DNA from: Epiperipatus broadwayi
Lineage: Eukaryota > Animalia > Onychophora
Length of the DNA stretch: 64,000 nt
Direction: 5' to 3'
NCBI GenBank assembly: GCA_028023455.1
Contig: JAQFVV010000002.1
Location: 24,428,001-24,492,000, forward strand
The stretch's first letter is position 1. Every line of letters starts with the position of its first letter. The notes under the pieces were generated by a model that saw only the letters and a list, made by a program, of their open reading frames with translations, was not told where the DNA came from and ran no database searches. Positions 51,278-62,784 of this stretch are shown in pieces. The position numbers were made by a program, and so were the translations under genes.

Positions 51278-51706
51278 CGGGATTCGAACTCAGACTTTAA
51301 CACGACCCACTACTCTCAGTGCCGTCTCATATTGCTGACCCACCTGATCACACACATGTTGAAAAAATAAATAATCACCAATAAACGTATTTCATGCTAA
51401 ACCAGCAATCATCAGTTGGTCCCAGATTACTATCTCCACACATATATATAATCAGTGCTCAGCTTTATAGCTAAGCACTGATTATATATAAGTGTGTGTG
51501 GGAGATGATAATCTAGACCAAATGATGATTGCTGATTTAGCATGAAATAGTATATTTGTGATTATTTATCTTTTCAACATGTGTGTTATCAGGTGGGTCA
51601 GCAATATGAGATGGCACCGAGAGTAAAAGGTCGTGTGAAAGTCTGAGTTCGAATCCCGCCTATATTACATATATAAATACACGTTTAAGCCTGTACAATG
51701 TATTAA
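51278..51706. mobile_element. About 385-bp fold-back with outward-facing tRNA-like B boxes, a tail and a 14-bp direct repeat
   Basis: Palindrome at 51274-51662 centred on AGCTTTATAGCT; the arm ends read GAGTTCGAATCCCGC; TTTATTAATTTAAG at 51264-51277 and 51707-51720. Confidence 0.8.
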
Positions 51707-52139
51707 TTTATTAATTTAAGTAAAAGTAGTTTTGAAAGTTAACAATCATTAAACTTCAATCGCTCTTCAAATATAGAAAAATACAATTGTAATTAAATTA
51801 TTTTCTTTTGTGTTCAAGTTACTAATAAAATTAGCCATTAACCAAAGACTAATTGAAAAACAAATACATCATCTGATAAACAAATCAATATGTTTTTGAA
51901 GTAATAAGTAGGGATTGTTTTCAATTTGAGGCAAATATAAATTGATCAAACGAAAGATAATGGATATATAAAGAGATAAAATATAAAACTAGTCAATTGA
52001 ACTGAGAGTGGCAGTTGTGTTTAGGTGCAGGTCTGTTGCAATTAGAATTGACTCAGTAAAAATAAAATTCAGTCACTAATCGCCAGATTTTTAAAATAGT
52101 AAATATATAATTTCATTAAAAACTAGCAAAAGTCATTAT

Positions 52140-52376
52140 GAATAAAAACAAAGACGTTTTATTGGTGAAACAAAGATAAATCATGTTGAAAAATTATATA
52201 AGTTATTGTTACTGCCTTCAACTACAGTTACGAAAAAAAAATTGCTGATTTGTAATAGCAATTCAACATATATTTAACTATGTCTGCTAATGTTGAATTG
52301 ATGTACAAGTCAAAGCAAACAACATTTTAAAATTGACATGGAAGAATCTAATGCTCGAATTGGTAAACAATTAAAA
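52140..52376 (+). mobile_element. RTE endonuclease fragment, left of the hAT insertion (start approximate)
   Basis: Ends MEESNARIGKQL, which continues in frame after the hAT. Confidence 0.6.
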
Positions 52377-55300
52377 CAGGGGTGGGCAATTGTTTTGGCT
52401 TGGAAGCCACTTTGTGGAAGTGGGGATTAGAGGAGGGCCGCACCTTTTAAAATGATTGCACTCATTAGTCAATTTTGCATTTCAAAAAAGTTATAAATTG
52501 TACCATAAAAATCAATAAATATAAATTAAATAAGATAATGGCAGATTTATTCAATTTATTTATAGTGCTAATTTTATATCATCGATAGCTGCGAGCACAT
52601 TTAATTTTAGAATCAGTTTAATGAGACAAATGTACCCTATCACACTTTTCTACATTTTTTTTTAAAATCAGGAGTGAGATTGCTTGTTGAGATTCTCATC
52701 ACAGCCTGCAAGTTAATGTCTGTCAAAGAGCATCTGTATTTACTATTGTTGATCTTCAAGCAAGAAAAACTTTGCTCACAAATATATGTAGACCCAAATA
52801 CAGAGAACATTTTCCCAGCAAATTTCTTTATACATGGAAATTTTTCAGCAGACAAAGATTTGTAAAAGTCAACTAATGTCACAGCATTAAACATTTCTTT
52901 CAAGTGTGATCTGACTGCATGTCAATAAGTTCAAGCTGCAGCTCTTCAGGTGCTATGTCAATATCGGCAGTGATGGAATAAAAGAGCAAATTGAATTTAG
53001 GCTCAATTTTCTTAAAGTCCTGAAATTTTCTTGTGACCTCATCCTCCAAACTCTGCAGATGATCATTAATCTTAACAGAAACACTTTCAGGCACTTTCCG
53101 TTTTCCTAATAAAGGGAAATGACAAAAAATTGACTCCAGCTGCTTGCCATGGAAATAGACCCAGTTTTACTTTGAATGATTTTACATGCTTCTACATTTC
53201 ATGTGCAAACATTCCCCTTTCCTGCATTGTCACAATCAGTTCAATTTCTCAAATACATCAGCTGCAAACATCATCTTATATATCCACTCCTCACATCCTA
53301 TTTTTGTAACAAAATCATGATATATCTCCTTCGTGTTAGGAAATAAGAGGATTTCATTGTGCAATGCCCAGACTCTTTTTATCATTTTGCCCAGGCTTAA
53401 CCATCTCACACTGTTGTGGCAAATTACATCTTCATACTCTTCCCCACATCCTCAAGAAAAGATATGAACTGCTGATGATGGAGTGCCCTTGCTCTGATTG
53501 TGTTCACTACACTAACAATAGGATCTACCACATGCTTTAAGTCCAGTGCAGCTTTACAAAGGCTCTCCTGACGCAAAATGCAATGAAAAGACAAGATATC
53601 ACTGTCTGTGCTTGTAACTTGGTTTTTTAAAAACTTAATCATATCTACATTTTTTCCACTGAAAACTCTGGCCCTTTTGTTCCAGGGCAAGCCACTTTTC
53701 TCCACATAATTCACAGCACACTCAAGCAATTCCTGACCAGTGATTCTATCTTTCATTGATTCTAGTTCAAGTAATTCCTCTGTGATGATGAAATTTTTAT
53801 CAATTCCATGGATAAAGATGAGTAATTGTGCAATGTCTTCATTATATGTGCTCTCATCCAATGCTAAAGAAGACAAAACAAAATCTTTGCTCACAGTCTT
53901 CAGCTGTTCTGCTAGTTCATCACTAATTGAGTCAATATAGTGCACAATAGTCCTTCTTGACAATGAAATGCTTTCAAATTTGCTTCTCACATTAGAACAC
54001 AATATGCTTGCACATTCTACCATACACTGCTTAATAAACTCGCCATCTGAAAAAGGCTTATTGCATTTAGCAAGGTTCTAGGCTACCATGAAACTTGCTT
54101 CTGTAGCACTATTTTGAAGTGTTGATTGCTTCATAAATATTGTTTGTTGCTTCCTCAGCCTTTTCACATACTCTGCAGCTTTTATTTTATGTTCTTCCTT
54201 GGAAAGTTTGCAGCCAAATTCGCTATGTTTTGCATCATGATGTCATTTCAGATTGTACTCCTAAAATACAGCTATGGTTTTATGACACAATAAACAAACT
54301 GCTTTATCCCCTGTATTACAAAAGAAATATTTGTTTGTCCATTCTTCATTAAAAACATGACATTCATTATCAATTTTACGTTTTTTTGGAGGGTTCATGG
54401 TTTCATTAAAGTTGAAAATTTATAAATTTACAGTTGCAAAGACAAAAATTTAATTTAACCAGATTAACCGGAAAAGCACTAAGCATTGTATCTACACTGC
54501 ACATGCGTATTGACATGGCTGTTCTATACAAAATGAATCTTCAGTTGCGCACAGGAGGAAATTTCTGTTCAAGGCTGTTCCGTCTACATATAGATGGTCC
54601 AAATATATTTGGCATTTGATAATACTTAAAAGCTAAAAAAAAAAGTCAAGTTTAAAGTTCGTGTAAAAGATACGATTTAATTTTTTTTTACTTAGTATAA
54701 TTTATTTTTTTAAAACGTGCAATGAAAGTTGATTATTTGTTTCGAATTATTTATTCGTTTAAAAATAAAAGTTAAAATTGGAAGGATTAAAAAAGACAAA
54801 CAGTTTACTAATCCAGATAAATAAATGAAAAAAATTCCAAATGTACAAGATTGCGACTAGAAAAAAACAAAAAAATAAAATATGCGCAGAAAACTAAAAA
54901 ACTGATCGAGAATATAAAATGAACTAAATAGCTTTGAGTGAGGTCTTTTGCTGGCTTTGTCATGCGTGGATGGGTGAGGGAACAGGACTAGATGCAATTA
55001 ATGTTCTCTCAATTGCGATAAATGCCCCATCCCAGAATATTCATAAGCTGAACCAATGCGTCAGGCATGAATAGAAATCACAGCATGTGGACACTTTCTT
55101 TCACCGTAAAGATGTTACACCAGAACCTTCATGTCAAGCCATACCTTGCAACTGACAAGAAGTGTTAAGAGAATGTTGACAGTGTTATAAGAAATATATA
55201 TATGAGAGTGAAACTAGTTAACTTCCTATGATCTTGGGATCCCAAAAAATACATTTACACGACAAGAATCTACACAAACTTACTGGTAAGCTAAGACTAT

Positions 55301-56006
55301 TTATTCCCAATTTGTGATGAAAAATGTTGGCCAACTAATGCAACTATAAGCTTCTAACATACTACTAATAGAGACATCTCCATTTTTTATCATTCAAAAA
55401 ACTTTGCAGAAGTGTGAAAAATTTGTAACAATAACTTTTATTTATTTAATCAAATCATTGTCTGGATAAGCCTGAATGTTATTTCAATTTATTAGTAATT
55501 TATCTTTTAAATATTTTAATTTGTTTGAATAAAATATTTTACTTTTAATATCAACTTTTCATTGTGCGTTATTATTGCTAATTTATTATAATCTATTATG
55601 TATAAATTATCTTTGCCAATATGCTTGTTTAGTTAAGCCCTGGAAAAATAATATGTTATCCCGATTTTCTTCTTAATTTACGATGTGTGACGCAACGAAT
55701 ATCAGCGAATTCCTGTACGAATTCTGGCATTCTGTTTTAAATAAATAACAAACTGATTCCACTGGCACTTCAAATTGTAAATAATATTAGGTCGAGTTAA
55801 TTAGGAAATATGGCTATGTTCTTGAGATACCCAGACTTGTAAATGATCTGAATATATTTTCTTTTTCATAGTTTGATTAAATCTCATGCATTCTAGTGCG
55901 TAATAGAAGGCCTAACTGAACGCGAAAAACATTACAAGGTGAATTTTCTGACTGCCTTGGCGGGCCACAAAAAACCTCTTAGAGGGCAGCTATTTGCCCA
56001 TCCCTG
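52377..56006 (-). mobile_element. Full-length degenerate Buster-type hAT transposon (3.63 kb)
   Basis: TIRs CAGGGGTGGGCAA and TTGCCCATCCCTG; 8-bp TSD AATTAAAA/AATTACAA (nnnTAnnn, one mismatch). Confidence 0.93.
52618..54398 (-). pseudogene. hAT transposase (GTF2IRD2/SPIN-like), disrupted
   Basis: MNPPKKRKIDNECHVFNEEW...VCLLCHKTIAVF*EYNLK*HH (BED-like), SLALDEST, HCILRQESLC, VRWLS and FGSTYICEQSFS. It carries stops and frameshifts, and the second catalytic Asp region (TDGAP) appears deleted. Confidence 0.9.
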
Positions 56007-56240
56007 AATTACAAGATGAAAGTGCTGTAGGTAAATTTGGGTGTGTGATAGAAATGAGAGAACCTAGACTTATGAAGCTGCGGGAAAAAAAAACCTATAT
56101 TATGAATTCTTTTTTTAAGAAAAATGTTAAACACAAATGGACATGGAAACATCCAAATGAAGGTACAGCAAAATTGGATTATATTTTGACTAACATGAAG
56201 TATATATTTCGAGATTGTAATGTTCTTAATAAATTCAACA
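56007..56240 (+). mobile_element. RTE endonuclease fragment, right of the hAT insertion
   Basis: QDESAVGKFG...IMNSFFKKNVKHKWTWKHPN...LDYILTN...VLNKFN. Confidence 0.8.
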
Positions 56241-56590
56241 GTTTTTATACTATTAGTCTGAATTGATTTTTTGTTGAATAATGGGAAAAAAAAATTAAAT
56301 AAAAAATCCAATTCAGACTAATAGAATAAAAACTGTAAAGTGCTCAATAAATCATTAGGGTGCGCAACGGAAATTGATCATCTGAACAATGGACCGTATA
56401 ATTATTTATTTCCGTAAGTAACCAAGTTTTTTTTTTATATATAAGAACAAATGTAATAAAATTTAATATTAAATTCCATAAATAAATAAATTATGGAAAT
56501 TGATAGTATGAATATTATGAAAATAATGTAATTGTTAGGAATTCCAAATGTATTCATGCAAATTCAAGTATAAGTGAAAATAAATCTTAC

Positions 56591-56742
56591 CTCGCCAAGA
56601 AGAGTCTTCTCAATTCTTCCTTTTACTTGTCTAGCAAATTCTGAGTCGTTGTCTACCTCTAAATGAGCTGTAATAATTGGAGTACTAATAGTTTTGGATG
56701 CATTAATGATTTCTTTAATGCGTGGAACTCCGAGAGTGATAT
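56591..56742 (-). CDS. POLR3A: RNA polymerase III largest subunit, internal coding exon
   Basis: Translates (N)[50 protein letters not shown] and ends GAG|gtaaga. It directly continues the previous exon and matches the RPC1 sequence I recall. Confidence 0.96.
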
Positions 56743-57988
56743 TTGCAGGAAAATATTAAGGATAAATACATACACTTAAAAAAAAATCTCCTAAATACAT
56801 AAGGACAAAATATCTTAACAATTTACTAATATTATTCAAGGTAGCAGTTGCTTATGTACATTTTTTTTCAAGAATAATATATCAATTTTTCAAGCATACT
56901 CATCGCTGTCTCTATTTAAATTGAAAACATTTTAAATGATACAGAAGATTGTTGTTCTAAGTATTATTGCCAATTTAAAATTTAAGAATGCAAAAATTAA
57001 AGATGGCTCACTTGTAAATAATATAAAGCAATGAAAAAATTTCATTTAAGAATGTCCCATAACATTTTGAAAATATGATGCAATCATCACCATTCAAAAT
57101 GTACTAAATACTGAGATTTCCATTCCACAGAACAATGAATATACTTTTCTCATTGATTAAAATTAATTTCTCTGGCTTTTCTTAAAAGTACATATATATA
57201 CACACACACAAATAAAATGTCCTTCAATTAAAAAAACTATTGTAAGAACAATAAAAATAATAAATACAAAGATATATTAACTATTATATATAGTCTTTGA
57301 ATCGGCATAAGTATTTTTGGGAGTTAAGAAAGATTAAGGAATTAACCAAAAGTACTTCTGCATATTGAAAGACTGTATATAATAGTTAATAGCAGTTATA
57401 GGTATTATATATATGTAGGTAGCTAAAAATCACTATCCAACAACATACCTAAGAAATCTGAAATAATGAAATATTTTTTTTTTTAATTAGCAAGTAGAAA
57501 GATAAATAAAAAGATTTTGCTAGAACACTTTTGGAAAGGAAAATTAATGTTTTTTTATATTTTTGATATATTTTTTTTTAAACAGAGTAATAACTACTTA
57601 CTAAGTACTTAAGAATGATGGGTAATTGACCATAAAAAACATACATATATATATATATTAGTAATAAAATTTTATTACTAAGAAAACGTCAATCTTAATA
57701 TAAAAAAAATTGTACATAGTTATATATATATGATGATCATTTGTTTTGTGTTAGTTAAATTAACAATAACTTAAATTTAAAAAAAAACCAATAATTATAA
57801 CAGTAGAAAATAAATCAATATTTTTAAATATAAAATGAGATACAGAGCGCCACCTACGTTTCTACAAGCTGGACGCCATTCACCTCTGCTCCTCAAATAA
57901 TTTTTAAAAAAGTGTCTGAAAAATCATAATAATTTAACAGTGGAAGCCTTACTACATTAAGGTAAGTTCTTTTTAATTTTCTAGTATA

Positions 57989-59821
57989 ATGGATGTGGAG
58001 GATTCCTCCCATATCCCTAAATTAAGGGCACAATTTAAGCCCTGGGTTGAAACATCAAATAGCTTACATTATATGTCTAAAAACGCTAACGAAAATAAAA
58101 AAGCTAGACCTACTAGGAATCTATATAAATTACGTGATCAACATAATTCCCTTAGAAATAATGGTAATAATTCAGAACTCAGATCTATTATACAGTATAA
58201 TTCAAAAAACAATAAAATGAAATCAAAAAGGCACTTCGTGAATAGTAAAACTTTCACAAACGTTATTGAAGGCCTAACACAGAACATGCCAGACATAATC
58301 ATGCTGGGAAGTTCGACGGAGCAAACGTCTACCATCCACATGGTTCATAATAACTCAAACTTACAGTTAGGAGATATAGACAAGAATATCTTTCTTAATA
58401 TATCAGATAAAGTGTGCCCTACTAATATTGAAATGCAACAATTAGCTAGCTTCGATGAAGCTAACCTTACGGTAAGGCCGGGTGCAATCATAGACTACGT
58501 TTCATCCAACGATGTTGACCTTAATTCTGATCCGCTCAGCGTATTACACAATATAGACTCTAATAAATCTCCAATAGCCAAACACTCCAGAACTAGCATT
58601 AATCTTAGGAAAATGCTCATAGCTAACGAAGCAATATCATACAAAAATCTTATAAGTACTAAACCTAGTTCTGTTGCGGAAGATTCTAATATAGAACCTA
58701 GCTTGGGTGATAATTCCCAATTCATTCTGCATGATAGTTTAAAAAATCATTGTAATCATAAATCTACAGACTCATCTAAATGTCATACTGTATATAACCT
58801 TCGTAATTTAAGTTTAAGACGAAATAAATATAATATTAAAAAACGCACACAAGTGTCAAATATTAAGGACAACAATTACCTCGGTGACGATACCCCATTT
58901 TCACAGCAAGACTTGGAAGCCATAAGCAAAATTAAAATCAAAAAATCAAACAATTACAATAAAAACATTTTTATTGACATTAATGTACAAAATAATATTC
59001 AAGTAGAATCATATACAAGCAACGAAACTTCTGCAGATTGTTCTGAAATCGACTCTTCTTGCTTTCTAACTGCTACGGTTGCTGATGCTGCTACTCCCGA
59101 TAAAGATATGCTGGACGCTACATCGTTAATAAATCAGAGTTTTACAGTATAATCAGATGCAGATACAACACAGCTCGATATACTGAAGCAGGATATGGTA
59201 ATGAACAATATCAAAACATATGTAAATAAAAACTCAGAACTCCCCATAAATAACAAAAATAAAAATATGACGGTGGAAACAAATTTGGAAAAAAAATCTA
59301 TAGTCGCTACATAGAATTTCTCTAACTATAGGGACAAGCTCACTGATCATAATGGTATCAATACACACAAAAAAAATCTGGTTTCTATCACTGATAGTAA
59401 TACCACAGCCTCTGCAAAGTTCGACCCTATTCAAACAGCTTTTATCGATAAAACAGTAATGGCATCATATGACGCTAACCTGCCTATAAATCAGAATTAT
59501 ACTAACATAAAAATAGACGCAACAAAGCTGAATGCTACTAAACAAAATTCAACAGCTATTAATTCTAAATCAAACGAAGGGGAAAAATCGCAATCCTACG
59601 CTATAAACAGCAATAATAATAAATTAGCTAAAAATAGGAAGGCAAAAAAAAAATCTATACACACTACGGAGGTTTTTGCAAGCGGCGCCATATTGGATCA
59701 CCGTAAATCATGTAAAATAACCTATAAAACCAAGAAATCAAAAAAATCTAACACTATAGATAAGCTCCATCGTCGACACAATATCAAAATACAAAAAAAA
59801 AATCAACAATCTATGGGATGA
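57989..59821 (+). pseudogene. Long N/S/K/D-rich reading frame (about 610 codons) of unknown origin with two in-frame stops, antisense within the U12 intron
   Basis: ORFs 57989-59152 and 59459-59821 are in the same frame (offset 1470 nt). The intervening sequence is open except for TAA 59150-59152 and TAG 59312-59314. I recognise no domain. Confidence 0.6.
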
Positions 59822-60199
59822 ATAACACCAAACTACATACAAACTGCCCACTGAAATACCTTCAGGTGCTCTATAAAATCAAACTGTAAGAACTTTGTAT
59901 AAAGTAAAATTTAAGTATGTACATAGATCACTACTTAACTTAAAATTATACTAATATTTATATCAATAAATACTATACATTTTAAATGAAGAGAAAAAAA
60001 TATATAGCAATAATAATGATAAATATAAGCAAACGACCTGAGTAATAGTCTTTAAATATTGGCATTTAAAAATAATATCATAATTCTAATGTTTAATTTA
60101 TTAAATTGCGGTTTGATGCTTTGTTATTCCAGAGAAAGTAGAAATATTATAAAAAGCTACAGGATTTGAAATATAATTCCATTATTTTCCAAATATCCA

Positions 60200-60700
60200 A
60201 ATTATCTTTTCATTCTGCAGATATCTGATCTATATATGGTTATAAGTATGCAAATACTAATTTATATACACAATGATGCAATGTAGATATCCTTTCATTT
60301 AGCAAGTAATCAATCCATAAAACATTGCAAGTGAACAGATGCTAGTTTCACCAATGATGAGATTATAGAAATTAAATCAATTTTTATCCTGTGTATAAAT
60401 TATATATCAAGCTCACAAAATCATGTGAATATAACCATAACATTTGTATACATTTTTCTTTGTTATCATTTAGATCTCATCAATAAAAAATAGATAGTAT
60501 CCAGTTCTAGAAGAAAGGAAATTCCCGATGGTTTTGAAATGTTAGAATTAATTTTTGATTACTTTTCATTTTATAAATTGTCACTACTCACAAATCCTTG
60601 ACACATTGTATAGTGTCTGGGTGAATAATGTTGCTTTTTACCCCATCAATGTGTCCAGTTTACTGTATACTTTTAAAATAAATAAAAAGAAAATCATGTA
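60200..60700 (-). mobile_element. Possible highly decayed hAT transposase C-terminus
   Basis: The minus strand reads NERISTL...PYIDQISAE*KDNL, resembling the ERL..L...D.VID.FA hAT dimerisation tail; weak. Confidence 0.3.
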
Positions 60701-61330
60701 AAAAAATTTAGATGTGCTTCTATAACTTTTTGTCACTTATGCCATAATAACTATAACAATACCTTTTATTCACTCTTTAATCAATTCTAGTCAGCATTCC
60801 ATAAATAAAAATATTATTACACAATAATGACAAAAAAAATATTTCACAATTATTACATATAACAAACATTTATGCTTTTTAATACAAATATCATTCTTTC
60901 ATTCTAACACAAATTAAACAATCTATAATTCATTCTCACTACACTAAACTGTAAATATATTTTCATACATATTTTTTCAGTACAATACCATACAAATAAA
61001 ATAACAAATATATTTGAGACATTAGACATTTAGTTGTAGTGTTTGTAATTTATTATTGTGAATGCAGTAACAAAAATACATATAATGACAAAAGAATAAA
61101 AATTTTATCCAAACCATATGATTTATTATTCACATATCTATTTTAAAATGAATGAAGTCAATTCACAATCTTAGACAATATAATTAATAATAAACAATTT
61201 TTTATATTAATATTATCATTGTCATTGTAACACAGTTCAATGGTTCATAGGTTAAGATATCCACCATCAAAATCACACAAGAAAGCATATATATATATAT
61301 CACTAATTGTTTAACAATGATCTATAAAAT

Positions 61331-61472
61331 AATTAAATAGGCAAAACTTTCCATACAGTAGTGCCACCCTGTGCCAACTAGAGTAATCAATGGATGCCAG
61401 AAGGCACTACTATATGGAGAGTTTTGCCTGTTTAATAACAGTTATCTGCTAGCATAAGAGATGGTGATCATG
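61331..61472. mobile_element. Short ATCACATGA-family fold-back related to the 16-kb element
   Basis: AGGCAAAACTTTCCATACAGTAGTGCC versus GGCACTACTATATGGAGAGTTTTGCCT; shares CTAGAGTAATCAATGGATG with 15935; TGATCTATAAAAT direct repeat at 61318-61330 and 61473-61485. Confidence 0.75.
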
Positions 61473-61689
61473 TGATCTATAAAATTGTTAAATAATATTT
61501 AAATCTGGGAGTTGGGGGTCTTAATTAATGTATAGCTCCATTCTCATCTTTCTTTAATCAACAGTTAATGGTGTAAGTGGTATAGATTGCAACAGACATT
61601 TTGGAAGACAGAAATGAATGAAATTAATGTTTATTCTTGTAAAATATTTAATTAGTCCCAAATGTTTGTATCATGCACAGTAAAGTTTG

Positions 61690-62000
61690 AACAAACAGAA
61701 AATCCTTATAAGATTTCCAAATCATGGCAGTTTCTAATTCCTTTTGATGATCATCAGACATAAATCCATCAATGGTTGTAGAGTATACAAAGATTCAATT
61801 CATCACATGTCATGTTTGCAGTCAGTTCAACTTCTTAGAATAAACATTTGAAATGGAACTCAATTATAAATGTTTTTTTCTTGTGGTTTAGTAGTCATTG
61901 GAGTATGCAATGTCTGCTAATCTATCCAAATATTCATTAATTTTGAGACTGATGATCTTGAAACATTAAACAATTGTTGACATCAATGCCCTTATACACT
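61690..62000 (-). mobile_element. Possible PIF/Harbinger-type transposase remnant
   Basis: The minus strand reads FNVSRSSVSKLMNIWID and, in another frame, TIDG...SYK, resembling Harbinger HTH and IDG motifs; heavily degraded. Confidence 0.3.
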
Positions 62001-62619
62001 CACATAGAGATATTTTTTCTCACAAGAATATAAAATTTACCTCAATTCTATGTCATGTAATTCTTATTCCTTTTGTATGGTTTTATATATATAAAAAAAT
62101 AAATGTCATATTGGTATGCATTTCCATCTCTGAATTACAAGATGCCAAAAGCATACTGTTGTGGTATGTTGATCTATTATTTTGTCCAATTTATGAGTGT
62201 ATTTGAATATATATATATATATATATGAAATTTAAACAGAAAAATCAAAACTTCCAGGAGCTATATATAAATTAATCCTCATATATCAATAAATGCAAAG
62301 AATAGTATGCATTTATTGACAAATGTATAATTAGTTTATGTATAGCTTCCAATGGTTTTGAATATTTCTGTTCAAATTTCCTAGATATTACGATATGCAT
62401 TTTTATATTTGCTTAAATATGTGGGTATTTAACTAGTCATAAAAGATAAATCATTAAAACAAAATCTTAAACCTTCATCATGTTTTTCCTATATTATTAT
62501 TCTTTGAAGGACTACTGTAAAGAAGTTTGCCAAATATATAAATATATAGACAATTGTAATTAGTCTAAAACAAATTATGAGATTTATATAGCTGTAAATT
62601 TATTTCCCTTAAATAATTA

Positions 62620-62784
<165 letters not shown>

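Noticed and set aside
54430-55340. piggyBac-like coding remnant nested in the hAT 5' region
   Set aside because: Only a vague resemblance to a Cys-rich tail; no TTAA-bounded ends were identified.
56736-56742. Canonical AT-AC acceptor for the U12 intron
   Set aside because: Use of this AC removes 7 coding nt and shifts the frame of the invariant ITLGVPR motif.
58138-59434. Minus-strand short ORFs (58138, 58495, 59234) and other antisense ORFs over TEs
   Set aside because: They are shadows of the long plus-strand frame or of transposase/RT remnants.
57989-59860. Selenoprotein-type (UGA-recoding) retroelement ORF
   Set aside because: The internal stops are TAA and TAG, not TGA, and there is no RT or endonuclease domain.
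61949-61964. Minimal hammerhead CTGATGA-TCTT-GAAAC
   Set aside because: I found no convincing helix I or III; it lies within a probable transposase remnant on the other strand.
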